Source: Eledone cirrhosa (Eukaryota). Taken from it: 64,000 bases of DNA. Numbering within the stretch: the stretch's first letter is position 1; the number at the start of each line of letters is the position of its first letter. Location: NCBI GenBank assembly GCA_964016885.1, contig OZ024741.1, positions 165,974,001 to 166,038,000 on the forward strand. Reading direction: 5' to 3'. The notes under the pieces were generated by a model. It searched no databases, had not been told where the DNA came from, and saw only the letters and a list, made by a program, of their open reading frames with translations. The position numbers and the translations under genes were made by a program. Below, one piece after another: positions 12,717-24,420 of the stretch.

Positions 12717-13856
12717 TCTAAACCAAATTATCAAAGAACTCAAAATGTAGGGCAAAAATTACTGGCGGAAACGAACGAATTTCTTAACGAACAGAAGTAT
12801 ACAGTAATGAAAGTATTTAAAAAGGGGGTAGGGTGGGGGTGAGGTAGAAAAATTAAATAATTAACAAATGGGAAGGGAAGGAGCAAACACTACATTCTTG
12901 GTTGAGCAGCAAAATCTTAGCTACATCCCGCAGACAAGATGGCGATAGTATTGCTGCAGAAAACAGCCAGAGACACCCGCTGTGTGAAAATTTAACATGA
13001 AATTCCAGCATAATCCTGTGGTGGTCTATGCCAGAAAATATTAATGAATGAATTTACAAAATTTACAAAATTTATATATCGGAGGAAATGTACGAATTAT
13101 GGCTTATTAGCGGAGATTTTATTCAATTTTGTGAATTTTTCAACTGATTTATGAGGTTTAATGTCTGTTATTATTAAAACATGCGCCTCGTTCCTAGCTA
13201 TAGTGTTAACTACGAACTCTTTACATTAAAGTGATCATAAATAGGTTGTTAACAGGAATCATTTAGATATTACCATATATGTAATAAGCAAATAAATCAG
13301 TTGTCTTGGAAACAATGATGCTATATGTAACTCCGCCAAATAAAAATGGTAGGTTGTTTGTGTGTACAACAAAATCCCTCCTACACGAAAGGAAATTTAC
13401 TTGACGGATAACCATTTTTAATACCAAGCTACAATCAATCCAATTATCACTACTGCTTCGATAAGATAATTGAAAAAAATATTGGCCACTGACGAAAATG
13501 GCAAAACAACTCAAGTGATTGGAAAAACAAAACAATAGAAAATCGTCCAAATAGTCTTTATTTTAAAAATGTGTTGTTTGTTTGTATTGAAGCATAAGAT
13601 ACTTCCCATTATACACGAAACAATTAAAAAGAAATTGCTTGCGGGAAGAGAAACTTGATTTTGTTGAGAATTAGGTATTTCTGGAAGGAAGGAAGCGAAG
13701 CAGAATTTTTGTCAGTTTATTCCTGTTCCATAAATGTGTATTACAATTTGGTTTCTTTTTCTGTTTGTTTGGGGGAAAATATTTTTAATTATGTCATTAA
13801 AACCATTGGGAAAGGCATGAACGGTACAACTTAGCATTTGATTTTCGACCTATAAT

Positions 13857-14076
13857 GGTTTCTTATATAGGCACAAGGCCAACGATTTTGGGGGAGGGGA
13901 AGTCCATTAAATCGACCCCAGTGCGTGACTGGTACTTTATTTTATTGACCCCGTAAGGATGAAAAGCAAAGTTAACCTCGGCGGGATTTGAACTCAGATC
14001 ATAAAGAGCCGTAACTTTATGCTGCAAAGCATGTTGTCCGATGCCCTACCGATACTGCCAATCCGCTGCTCTTTTC
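13857..14076 (-). mobile_element. tRNA-derived SINE, full length
   Basis: Same family on the reverse strand; TSD CGACCTATAAT at 13846-13856 and 14077-14087. Confidence 0.92.
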
Positions 14077-14091
14077 CGACCTATAATCACT

Positions 14092-14446
14092 TGGCTTAGT
14101 TGACGTGTTCCTCTCATGATCGTGAAGTCGTGAGTTCGATTCCCGGTGCCGCGTTGTATTTTTGAGCAGGACATTTATTTTACGTTACTCTAATCCAGTG
14201 GTACCCAAAATCGGGTCCGTGGAACCGAAGGGTTCTGCAAAGAAGTGTCTTGGGTTTCATGAAAAAAGGTAGAGGCGTATATTTATATTACGACCATATA
14301 ATATAATAGTATTAGACTTTGGGGTTTCCCCCAAAAGTTTCTGAACCAAAAAGTGTTCCACGCTTGAAAAAGTTTGGGAAACCCTGCTCTAATCCACTCA
14401 GCTGGACAAAAATGAGTTTTACCTGTAATTCAAAGGGCTATTTTAG

Positions 14447-14512
<66 letters not shown>

Positions 14513-14640
14513 TCAGGCTGAATCTCCCTGAGAATTAGGTCAATGGTACACATGTCAGCAGAGTATTCAGTCACTTGCACGTAATTTCATGACTAAGCTA
14601 ATCCGATGATTAAGCAACTGAAATTCTAGCAATCGGAGCC
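14092..14640 (+). mobile_element. CORE-type SINE interrupted by a hAT MITE and (CA)n
   Basis: TGGCTTAGT A box, GAGTTCGATTCCC B box and TTGAGCAGGACATTT CORE-like motif. Sequence resumes after the MITE as CACTCAGCTG. The 3' boundary is approximate. Confidence 0.65.
14196..14386. mobile_element. hAT (Charlie-like) MITE
   Basis: TIRs CAGTGGTACCCAAA / TTTGGGAAACCCTG; perfect 8-bp TSD CTCTAATC at 14188-14195 and 14387-14394. Confidence 0.93.
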
Positions 14641-15019
14641 GACAGCAGACGTTCATTAAAAAAATATTTAAAAAAAAAGAAAATAAGAAACAAAAATACA
14701 TGTAGTAAAAAAAAAGAGAAGACAAATACATCCACACATTTGTAAGGAAGTTAAATTTGTGTTAATTAGATTTTGATAAATCCAGAAGACATGTAGCGAT
14801 GTGTATTTAAGTAAAATCTAAACAGATAATTCATAGATTTTTGTAAACGGAAATAAAGTAATATTTTGTGCTTGATTACATTCTTTGCTCATTTTTAATA
14901 TTTCATATTTGCATAGATTGAAGTGAATTATTTTAGTAAAATTACTGTAGAACTATTAACAGTTACCTTTTAGATTTGATTTCAGTTTAGAGCAACGGAA
15001 GACAAACAAATAACGGGGA

Positions 15020-15223
15020 TTGTTCGGCTGCTTTCTCTTCGCACCGGTGGCCGTCGAGACCTCAGGCGAACTTGGACCCCGTACTGTCGAACTCCTCCAC
15101 AAGATCGGAACGTCGACAGCACGTCTGAGGAAGGAGCCGCACGAGGTGAAGTGGTTGTTGCAGCGGGTGTCGCTGGCCATTGTCCACGGAAATGCTTTTG
15201 CGGTCTTGTCCGCTGCGTCCTAG
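15020..15223 (+). pseudogene. 3' fragment of a CRE-like non-LTR retrotransposon (restriction-like endonuclease C-terminus)
   Basis: FAPVAVETSGELG...WLLQRVSLAIVHGNA matches the CRE RLE terminal motif. Confidence 0.8.
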
Positions 15224-15271
15224 GCCTAGAGCCCCTCCTCCTTTCCTCCTCTCATTCTTCTGTGACCCTAG

Positions 15272-15473
15272 GGCGGGGGATTGGCAGTATCGGTAGAGGG
15301 TCGGACGTCATGCTTTGCAGCATAGAGTTACGGCCCTTTATGTTCTGAGTTCAAATCCCGCCGAGGTTAACTTTGTTTTTCATCCTTACGGGGTCGATAA
15401 AATAAAGTACCAGTCACGCACTGGGGTCGATTTAATCCCACTAAATTGCTGTCCTTGTGCCTATATAAGAAAC
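15272..15473 (+). mobile_element. tRNA-derived SINE, full length
   Basis: A and B boxes present; TSD CATTCTTCTGTGAYCCTAG at 15253-15271 and 15474-15492. Confidence 0.92.
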
Positions 15474-15644
15474 CATTCTTCTGTGATCCTAGAGCCCTTG
15501 CCTTTCTCTTACCTTTCCGTTTTCATAACCAGAAAAGACACTTGCTTTCTATACAATAACATATTTATTACGTTTATAGGAATAATCGTTCAGAAATAAT
15601 CATAGTTTGGTGAACGATAAAACTCTATGAACTGGCAACATGTG

Positions 15645-16495
15645 TGTATGTGTGTGTGTGTGTGTGACAGACATAGATAGATAGATAGATAGAGAGAAAG
15701 AGAGAGAGAGTGTGTGAGAGAGCGAGAATTTATATATTTATATATTTCAAATAATTAACTACATATCGGCGTGTGTGTTTGTATATTTGTTTCTGTGCGT
15801 GTGTGACAGTGAATGAGAGAGAAAGAGAGAGACGGAGAGAGAAAGAGAGTGAGCGAGTGGGAGAGAGAGAGAGAGAGGAAGAGAGAAGAAGGAGAAGAAA
15901 GAGAGAGAGAGAGAAGGAGGGAGAGAGAAGAAGAAAAAGGAAAGAGAGAGCGAGAAGAAGAAGAAGAAGAAGAAGAAGAAGGAGAGATAGAGATCGAGAG
16001 AGAGACCACATATTGAGATAGAGATAGATAGAGAGAGAAAGAGAGAGTGAGAGAGAGGGAGAGAGAGAGAGAGAACTTATATATACCACTGTTAATTAAA
16101 TATTGTTGAAAAGTCTATTATAAGTTCCAATCGATTTATAATTAGTGGAGCATCAACTCGTTAACTGAAACTTCTGTTAACTAAAGATTAGCAAGATTCT
16201 TTTTATCGCACACACACTCACGCGCGCGCACACGAACACAAACACACACATATACACACACAAACACAGATATATATATATATACACACATATATACACA
16301 TATACATACATATACATATATATGTAGACATGCATATATACATGCATATATACATACATATATATATATATATACACATACATACATGCATGCATATATA
16401 CATACGTATATATGTACACACACACACACGCACACACATATATATATATGGATATATATATATATATATATATATATGCATACATACACACACAG
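15645..16495. repeat. Compound microsatellites (TG, AG, AAG, CA, TA)
   Basis: Directly visible. Confidence 0.9.
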
Positions 16496-17105
16496 ATGGT
16501 GGTTGCCAACTCGTTTTCGAGTACGGCCACTACTTTATATCCATGTAGGAGAACCCCTACCGATGCGCTGAACGAGTGTGACTTTTTAGTCCAGCCAGCG
16601 ACTTGAATACTCTGGTACAAACACTACACTTGTGACAATTATTGACACATAGTGCTGGGCCCATGGTACCATGTGACGACAAGTGCAGACATATCTCCAG
16701 ATATAAAGCAATGCCTGTGCCGTGAAGCTTTTATAGTGAGCAAAGGCACTGCACAAAGCCAGTCCCACTCTCTTAACCAAGATGATATTTACCAAAAAGA
16801 AGAACAAGTCAACATCATTGGATACCATCAGGGTTGCAGGTGTTATATCAGAGTTTTCCTTCTCCTAGAATTCTGCCTTGACAAAGGCTAAGGGGTCATC
16901 TCTCCCGGTGATTTTGGATGGCCATTAACTCTTAAGAGCTCCTTTGCCCTTTGACAGGTTTTGCTTTTAGTCCTGCAGGATGTCCAAAGTCACCCTCCTC
17001 ACCAAGAAACCTTGGTGGGGTTGCCAGTTTAGTCGCCAACGACTCGACCATGGGACAGGTTGTACTGGGATACATGTTACCAGTAGCACCAACTGGTGAC
17101 CTGAC
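16496..17105 (-). mobile_element. ~610-bp non-autonomous RTE-derived bipartite element in (CATA)n
   Basis: RTE-type 5' UTR motif CTAGGAGAAGGAAAACTCTGA joined to a terminal C2H2 finger (CSVCTRVFKSLAGLKSHTRSAHR*) and short 3' UTR. Other copies at 25852-27545 and 49385-49740. Confidence 0.75.
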
Positions 17106-17279
17106 ACACACAGATACATACATACATACATACATATATAATTACATTCATACATACATACACCCACACACACACACGCATGTATACAAACATACACACA
17201 CACACATACATACTTACATACATATATATACATACATACAAACATACATACACACATGCATACTTGCATACATACATAA

Positions 17280-17310
<31 letters not shown>

Positions 17311-17525
17311 CATACATACATACATACATACATACATACATAATTACATACATACATAATTACATACATACACACACATACACAAACTTACATACATACA
17401 TATATACATACATAAATACATACATACATAAATACACACATGCACACACACATACATACATACACACATACACACACACAAATACATACATACATACATA
17501 CATACATACATAGAAACATATATAC
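17106..17525. repeat. (CATA)n/(CA)n compound microsatellite
   Basis: Directly visible. Confidence 0.95.
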
Positions 17526-17861
17526 AATATGTTGTAACCATTATTGCTTCCTAGATGTATCATTAACGTCTTGAAAGATTGTCAAGATAAAATCATTAGA
17601 GACAATCACAGACAATTGACTGCAAATGGATTGGTTAGTACAGTGCCAAAGTTTAGCGAAACACGTTTCGAGTGAGTGTCGAAGTCAGTTTTCAAGTTTG
17701 GTACATACATACACATATATATGTAGAAGTTCTATTTAAATTGTTGGGATACAACAAGCAAATATTTTTATAACTGATATAAAGCACTCAACAAATTATT
17801 GGAGTAAAAATACGATATATTAACAAATGGAAACTATATTTATAAAACCATATTTATTTCA

Positions 17862-17915
17862 TTATACATATTTCAAGGACACCAAGTTAAATTATGGTGT
17901 GCTTTCATCAGATAA
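17862..17915 (-). ncRNA. Type I hammerhead ribozyme-like motif (imperfect)
   Basis: Minus strand reads CTGATGA AAG C ACACCA-loop-TGGTGT C CTT GAAA TATG TA TAA. Stem II is strong; the stem I register is off by one. Confidence 0.6.
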
Positions 17916-18000
17916 AATATAATATAGAGCAGTTTTATAAATAAATATTGACATACCCTTAAAGAATGCGGCCATTTCTGTTGGAAGCTCCCGGATGCAT

Positions 18001-18066
<66 letters not shown>

Positions 18067-18119
18067 CCATTGCATGAGGAAAAAAAACAAAACAAAAAAA
18101 AACATAATAATAATAATAA

Positions 18120-18241
18120 TAATTGTTTCTATTTTAGGCACAAGGCCAGCAATTTTCCAGTACATTACTGGTACTTTATTTTATCGACCCCGTAAGGGTG
18201 AAAGGCAAAGTTAACCTCGGCGGGATTTGAACTCAGATCAT
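18120..18241 (-). mobile_element. 5'-truncated tRNA-derived SINE
   Basis: Family tail and core present. Confidence 0.88.
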
Positions 18242-18256
18242 AATATATATATATGC

Positions 18257-18357
<101 letters not shown>

Positions 18358-18425
18358 TATATACATGCATACATACATACACACACACATACATACATAC
18401 ATACATACATACATACATACATACA

Positions 18426-18458
<33 letters not shown>

Positions 18459-18471
18459 CTTTCCCTGAGTT

Positions 18472-18653
18472 CAGTCTTTTTCGTTGCTATGGCAATGCGG
18501 CTGGATTGTCGGTCGCTATATTTGATTTGCTAAGCTGTCTAAACGTATTGTTATAACTCTGGGGTTTATTCTCCATCGAGTGCTAAAGCTACATTCTGAA
18601 TCTGCATTCGTTAGCTTAGCCGCAGCCTAAAGCTTCGTTAATGCTGTACTAAA

Positions 18654-18697
<44 letters not shown>

Positions 18698-18752
18698 CAT
18701 ACATACATGCAGACACACACATACATGTATACATACATACACATACATACAC

Positions 18753-18787
<35 letters not shown>

Positions 18788-19434
18788 CATACATACATAC
18801 ACACACATACATAGATACACATACATACATGCATACATACATACATACATACATGCATACATGCATACATATATATACATAGATACACATACATACATGC
18901 ATACATATATATACGAAATTCTTGGCGATGACCATCTCGTTTCCTAGTGTCAAGTTCTTCACTAAGTGTAGCCTTCTGACAGAAGCAGTTATTGGAATGT
19001 CGCTGAAAAATGTTGCTGAAAATGTCGCTGAAAATGTCGCTGAAAATTATCCCGGAGCTGAAAGTTTGAAAACCTGAGTACCTGTCCATCACTAATGATC
19101 AAGGTATTCTCTCTATCTGATCAATCCGGTTTTATCATGATGTTTCTTCAAATCCAGGATGATTGAACGCCCCGTAATGAAATAACTTTTCTTCAAATCA
19201 CTTTATTTTATTTTCATAGTAACATTAGATAACACTGTCCAACACTGAAATAACGTTTCTTTAGATCGTTTTACTCCACTCTCGAAGAGGCAGTGGATAA
19301 TGACACTTGCGTTATGGAACTAACGTTTCTTCTGTATTACTGAAACCATCTACTAAAATATATAAATTAACTAAATTAACTCTATATCTACACATCGGGA
19401 TCTCATTTTTTCGTATTATGAAATTACACTAAGA

Positions 19435-19480
<46 letters not shown>

Positions 19481-19660
19481 TAAATTTAGTACAGCATCAT
19501 CGAAGCTCTGGTTGCAGCCAAGCTAACGAATGCAATCTCGGTGTGCAGCTAAGCACTCAATAGGGTATATTACCCTAGAGTTATAACATTACATTTAGAC
19601 AGCTTTGCAAATTGAAGACGGGCCGCAGTGACCATAGCGACGAAAAAAACTGAACTCAAG
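18472..19660. repeat. Diverged inverted pair of a ~185-bp dispersed element (18472-18658 and 19483-19660), each abutting (TA)n
   Basis: GCATTCGTTAGCTT / AAGCTAACGAATGC and flanking blocks match as reverse complements. Confidence 0.8.
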
Positions 19661-19741
19661 ATAAAATTTGACTAACCTTGACCGTCGCGTCGACATCATA
19701 CACAACACATGATATATACCATATAATATACATCACATATA

Positions 19742-19817
<76 letters not shown>

Positions 19818-19822
<5 letters not shown>

Positions 19823-19978
19823 TAAAATAACAGATTAAAGTTTAAGCAAAGAATCGCTGCTTTCACCCTTAACGGGATCTTCTGAAACTAACTAATATTT
19901 GCTCTACGGTTCTTATATATTTGATATATATTTATCCTTATCGAGCCCTCTTTGGATTTTAGTCTTCAAATTTATTAT

Positions 19979-19985
<7 letters not shown>
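19818..19985. mobile_element. Inverted-junction copy of the 36392-36793 element between (TA)n tracts
   Basis: 19818-19892 equals 36481-36555; 19894-19985 is the reverse complement of about 36393-36483. Confidence 0.85.
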
Positions 19986-20038
<53 letters not shown>

Positions 20039-20167
20039 GTAATCTGAGCTTTTCGAATATTAATAATAACATTCGATTCGTTTGCATTTATGCAAACAAG
20101 CCTCAATTTTATAGCCATGTCAGTAGAATGAACCCTTTATTCTTGCTCTTGTGTTGGCATGTGAACA

Positions 20168-20217
20168 GAACTGCAGACACTAATGTTTCTGGGTATCACA
20201 CCTCATCAGTACAGCTC
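20168..20217 (-). ncRNA. Type I hammerhead ribozyme
   Basis: GAGCTGTA CTGATGA ggtgtgataccca GAAAC attagt GTC TGCAGTTC: 8-bp stem I (extendable) and GUC cleavage triplet. Confidence 0.78.
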
Positions 20218-20516
20218 ACTGTTCACCTGCCAACTGTCAGAGCTAGTCAAAATATATGCTATTTTCAAAAATACACAATGACTGATCGGCCTGATTTGCA
20301 TATTAGCAGACTGGCTGATCGTATACAGGAAACTGACTGGCCAGTCTGCTGATATGCAAATCTGGCTGATCAGTGGATCTGCTAATATGCAGATCTGACT
20401 GATCAGCCAGTCTGCTAATAAACAAATGAGGCCGATCAGTCACTGTATTTTTGAAAATAGCACAATGACTGATCAAAATATTTTCACTAGCTCTGACAAT
20501 TTGGCAGGTGAACAGT

Positions 20517-20566
20517 GAGATGTACTGATGAAGGGTGATACATAGAAACATTAGTGTCTGCAGTTC
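20517..20566 (+). ncRNA. Type I hammerhead ribozyme (second arm, stem II decayed)
   Basis: TGTA CTGATGA agggtgatacata GAAAC attagt GTC TGCA. Confidence 0.7.
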
Positions 20567-20742
20567 TGTTCACATGCCAACATAAGGGCAAGAATGAAGG
20601 GTTTATTCTACTGACATGGCTATAAAATTGAGGCTTGTTTGCATAATTGCAAACGAATCAAATGTTATTATTAATATTCGAAAAGCTCAGATTACATTTA
20701 TTGTATTCACCCATGTAGAGCGAAAATTTTCTTTTTCATATA

Positions 20743-20774
<32 letters not shown>

Positions 20775-21164
20775 ATATATGTGTGTGTATTGTATTCAGC
20801 CACGTAGAGCGAAAATTTTCTTATATATATATATATATATATGAATGAAAAAATGGCGTGCTGCGTTGTTGCGAGTGTGATCTATATGAATGAAAAATAG
20901 AGCGAGAAACGGGACAGTCCATCATCAGTGATCTTCTGACTATCATCGATATTTCTTCGCATTAAAGACCAGATACCACAAAATCAGTGCGAGCAATAAC
21001 TAAAATAAGTTATTGGGACAGGGCGAATTGGGTGGAGAAAGAGGGACAGTAAACAAACAAAAGTAGTAATGCAACGTAAAGAGAGGAAATGAGAGGCAAG
21101 TCAATGATTCATGTGAACTTAACTTCGACCAACTCAACGACGAGAAGACGGCAGACGCGTCCGA

Positions 21165-21411
21165 ACCCTGTCTGTCTTATCTCAGTCTCATAACGTGAAG
21201 CGACTGAGAGTACAAGACTCCCCCCCCCTAGACAGAACCCCAGTCCATCGCAGGGTTAAACTCCCAGCTATTGCTGGTACTCATTTTCAGCTGAGTATAC
21301 TGGAGCAACGTGAAATGAAGTGTTTTGCTCAAGAACGCAACACGCAATCCAGGAATCGAACCCACGACATGATCGTAAGTCCAACACCCTTACCACTACG
21401 CCACTTGCCTC

Positions 21412-21412
<1 letters not shown>
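21165..21412 (-). mobile_element. CORE-type SINE
   Basis: Reverse B box GGAATCGAACCC and AGTGTTTTGCTCAAG CORE-like motif. Confidence 0.75.
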
Positions 21413-21449
<37 letters not shown>

Positions 21450-21919
21450 GCGCGCATTATTTTGCAGGATTGTATAAGGGAAAATTAAATATATATATAT
21501 ATATATTATAAAAAATATGCACTCGATTTGGTAGGATCCTTTAAATTACTTGAAGGTGGTGCACCTTCACTTCAGGCTAGAAATCATTAAAAGCGTAAAG
21601 AATTGAGAAAAAAGATAAAATATCTCCCATTCTTGAATATACTGAATAGAAAAAATTCTTAAAGTGATCGTTGTGTTCATCGAGAACATTCTTTCTGTTA
21701 GGTTGCATACATAGACTACACGTTGAAGGAGATCGCTTCGCAATCATTAGATCCCGGGTTCCTTTCCACTGCGTGGCAGCTTCAGTAAGTGTCATTTTTC
21801 ATAGCCTCGAGCCGACTAATGCCATGTGAGTGAAGCTGGGTAAGATGGAATGTGCTTGGAAGCCTATCGGCTGGACTGTGTCTATAACCACCATAGGCAC
21901 TTAGATGGCTAGCCGCAGG

Positions 21920-22120
21920 TGTGAGCCTCGCGAGATGGAATGGCTCATCCAGCGCATCCCCCTTAACTTTCCTCCCGGGAAACGCCTTCTCCGTTCTGTC
22001 CGCCGGGGCCGTGGGGTAGCCAGACCATGGGACTCCATTTGCTCATAATACAGAGAGATGGGGAGGGTGAGAGAGATGGATGCGATGACAGTGGGAGTTC
22101 GGTTCTTCCGTGTTCGGACC
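21920..22120 (+). mobile_element. CRE-like 3' end fragment plus UTR
   Basis: EPREMEWLIQRI...GNAFSVLSA. UTR GGAGGGTGAGAGAGATGGA is shared with 46840-46980 and 53484-53680. Confidence 0.7.
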
Positions 22121-22331
22121 AGGTCTGCAGCGTCAGTTATCCGTAGGGAGATAGTGGTTTGTACTTAGCAAAGGTTTTTAGAACTTTGTGTTTGCGATTC
22201 CTGTATGTATTATCATTAGAGGTCTAGTTTTTACTACTCCTCACATCGAAAGGGTCGGCCATGTTGTTTACACACTGAATCACACTGAATCTTTCTGAGA
22301 ATTACTTTCTTCTTCTTGTGTCCACAATAGT

Positions 22332-22504
22332 TGTTTCTACTTTTGGCACAAGGCCAGCAATTACTGGTACTTTATTTTATCGACCCCGTAAGGATGAAAG
22401 GCGAAGTTAACCTCGAGGGAACTTGAACTCAGACCGTAAAGGGACGTAACTATGCTGGAAAGCATGGCATCCGACCCTCTACCGATACTGCCAATTCACC
22501 ACCC
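22332..22504 (-). mobile_element. tRNA-derived SINE
   Basis: TSD CCACAATAGT at 22322-22331 and 22505-22514. Confidence 0.9.
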
Positions 22505-22532
22505 CCACAATAGTGTCAGTTACAAAACTTGG

Positions 22533-22912
22533 CTAGATGTAATTCCACCACAGCTGAACACATTGCTGTTCTTTCTCATTAAACTCTGCCAAGTCCAATG
22601 GTGTGCAGGGGCGTTCCAGCAAGGGGCATATCAGGAGGTGCTGCGTAGTCTGTGATTCGATGCCGCAGTCACACACAACGTTCCCATCCTTTAAATATCC
22701 CCATTTTGCAAGTGACTTTTGCATGTCCAACACCAGATCTTAAACTGTTGAGGCATTTCCACGCTGCATAGTTTGTATCTGTCTGGGGGGCAGTGCCTCG
22801 CTCGCCTTAAACTCCATTGTTGTTACTGATGGGAGGTTGTTAAGTTTTCCTTTCCAGCGAGTGACTCTTTCACTACTTATGCTTGATGTTCTAAGTGGCA
22901 TGACACTATTGA
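22533..22912 (-). pseudogene. 3' end of a non-LTR retrotransposon ORF (Ingi/Vingi-like CCHC finger)
   Basis: WKCLNSLRSG, then after a frameshift KWG...CDCG...QTTQHLLICP. Confidence 0.72.
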
Positions 22913-23509
22913 ATGCCCGACCATTTGCACGTTAATTTCACGAGCAAGCTGTTTCGTTGATCGACCAACTAGAACACCTACAATCAAAACCGACATAGGT
23001 CTATTCCATTAGATTTTTATTGCATGTCTCTTTGAAAGATATTTTTATAGTTTATATTAAAGCGGTTTGTTATTGATAAATAAATAAATAAGAAAAAAAA
23101 AAGAAAATAAATAAATAAATAGGAAAAAAATTGAAATAAATAAATAAATAAATATTTAGAATATATTTAGAATATATTTGATATCGTCTGCTTCAAATAT
23201 ATTTTCCTTATTCTTTAAACCTTTTAATGTCTCTTGTTTTTTTAAATCTTTTCTGTTTTCTTTTTTACACTAAAGCACGATAAAATAAAGATATATACAC
23301 ATATACAGTCATACACACATTAAAATAGATATACATGTTCCTACATCAAATGAGAATGTATACACTATGCAATTAATGTACACATTTTTATAACCTTTGT
23401 AGTTCTGAAAAACAACAAAACGTTCGTTTATATTCTACAATAGAAATATCGCAAATAGAAAATAGATATTTCATTTGGTAGACACAAATCACCACTCTCA
23501 CTTAAACAC

Positions 23510-23533
23510 TGCATGTATGTATATGTACATATA

Positions 23534-23603
<70 letters not shown>

Positions 23604-24006
23604 TGTATATATATGCATATATGTGGGTGTGTATGGGTTTATATATGGATGTGTGTATCTGTTTGTATATGTTCGTATGTATACATTTTTTACATCCATA
23701 TGTGTTTATATTGAGAGGGAAGGAACCATATCTATATTCGTTTATTGTGAATATATACCAAATGCATATTCTAGAGAAGAATGTGTATATATGTATACAC
23801 GTATGTATGTGTATGAGTATGTATGTGCGTGTATGTGTGTGTATATATATATGTATATGTGTATATGCATGTATATGTATATATATATTTGTATATGTGG
23901 AAATGTATGTATGTATGTGTGTATATATGTTTGTATGTATGTATAAAATATATATGTGGGTATATATATATAAATGTGTATGTATATGTGTGTATATATA
24001 TATATA

Positions 24007-24037
<31 letters not shown>

Positions 24038-24165
24038 ATGTGTGTGTGTATATATGTATTTATTTATATATATATGAATGTATGTGTGAGTATATATGCA
24101 CATGTGGGTATGTGGGAAGTGGGTGGATGTGGGTGTGTAGAAAGGGTGTGGGTGTGGGTGTGTGA
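23510..24165. repeat. TA/TG compound microsatellite
   Basis: Directly visible. Confidence 0.92.
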
Positions 24166-24315
24166 TTGTAAAGAACCGACCATTTTGTAGACTTTAACTC
24201 AGCATCTTAATACAGCCACTTAAAGAAAAACCTTTAGTCTGCTTAGAAATAAATGAACCTTGAAAATTAGGAGTGCCTGCTTTTGTATCATTCTGTATCA
24301 CTATGTATTTTTCTC

Positions 24316-24364
24316 TAAGTATAGTTTCTTCAAAGAATCCCTATTCTTTAAATCGATCAGCCAA
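24316..24364 (-). ncRNA. Degenerate hammerhead-like motif
   Basis: CTGATCGA, 10-bp stem TTTAAAGAAT/ATTCTTTGAA, then GAAAC. Stems I and III are weak. Confidence 0.4.
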
Positions 24365-24420
24365 TGACCTCCACCCAATCCAATCACCACCTTCCCCTAC
24401 CAACAGATAATGTATAAATA

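Larger units (their letters stand above)
20033..20736. mobile_element. Fold-back element with ~290-bp arms and a hammerhead in each arm (PLE/retrozyme-like)
   Basis: Arms 20033-20320 and 20401-20701, flanked by TA tracts. The same terminus recurs at 33922-33975, 36815-36883 and 37106-37156. Confidence 0.88.

Noticed and set aside
12936-12946. YY1-like CAAGATGGCG motifs (also 38603 and 50936)
   Set aside because: They are short motifs without supporting promoter context.
12940-13560. Unique-looking stretch with a 95-aa ORF, possible exon
   Set aside because: No recognisable motif in the frames I read and no convincing splice pattern.
16930-17105. HDV-like or twister ribozyme
   Set aside because: Partial pairings exist, but the P1.1/P3 order and twister pseudoknots could not be satisfied by eye.
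20905-20935. CTGATGA on the minus strand (similar isolated hits at 42102, 44786, 50945 and 59706)
   Set aside because: No stem II plus GAAA follows, so these are chance matches.
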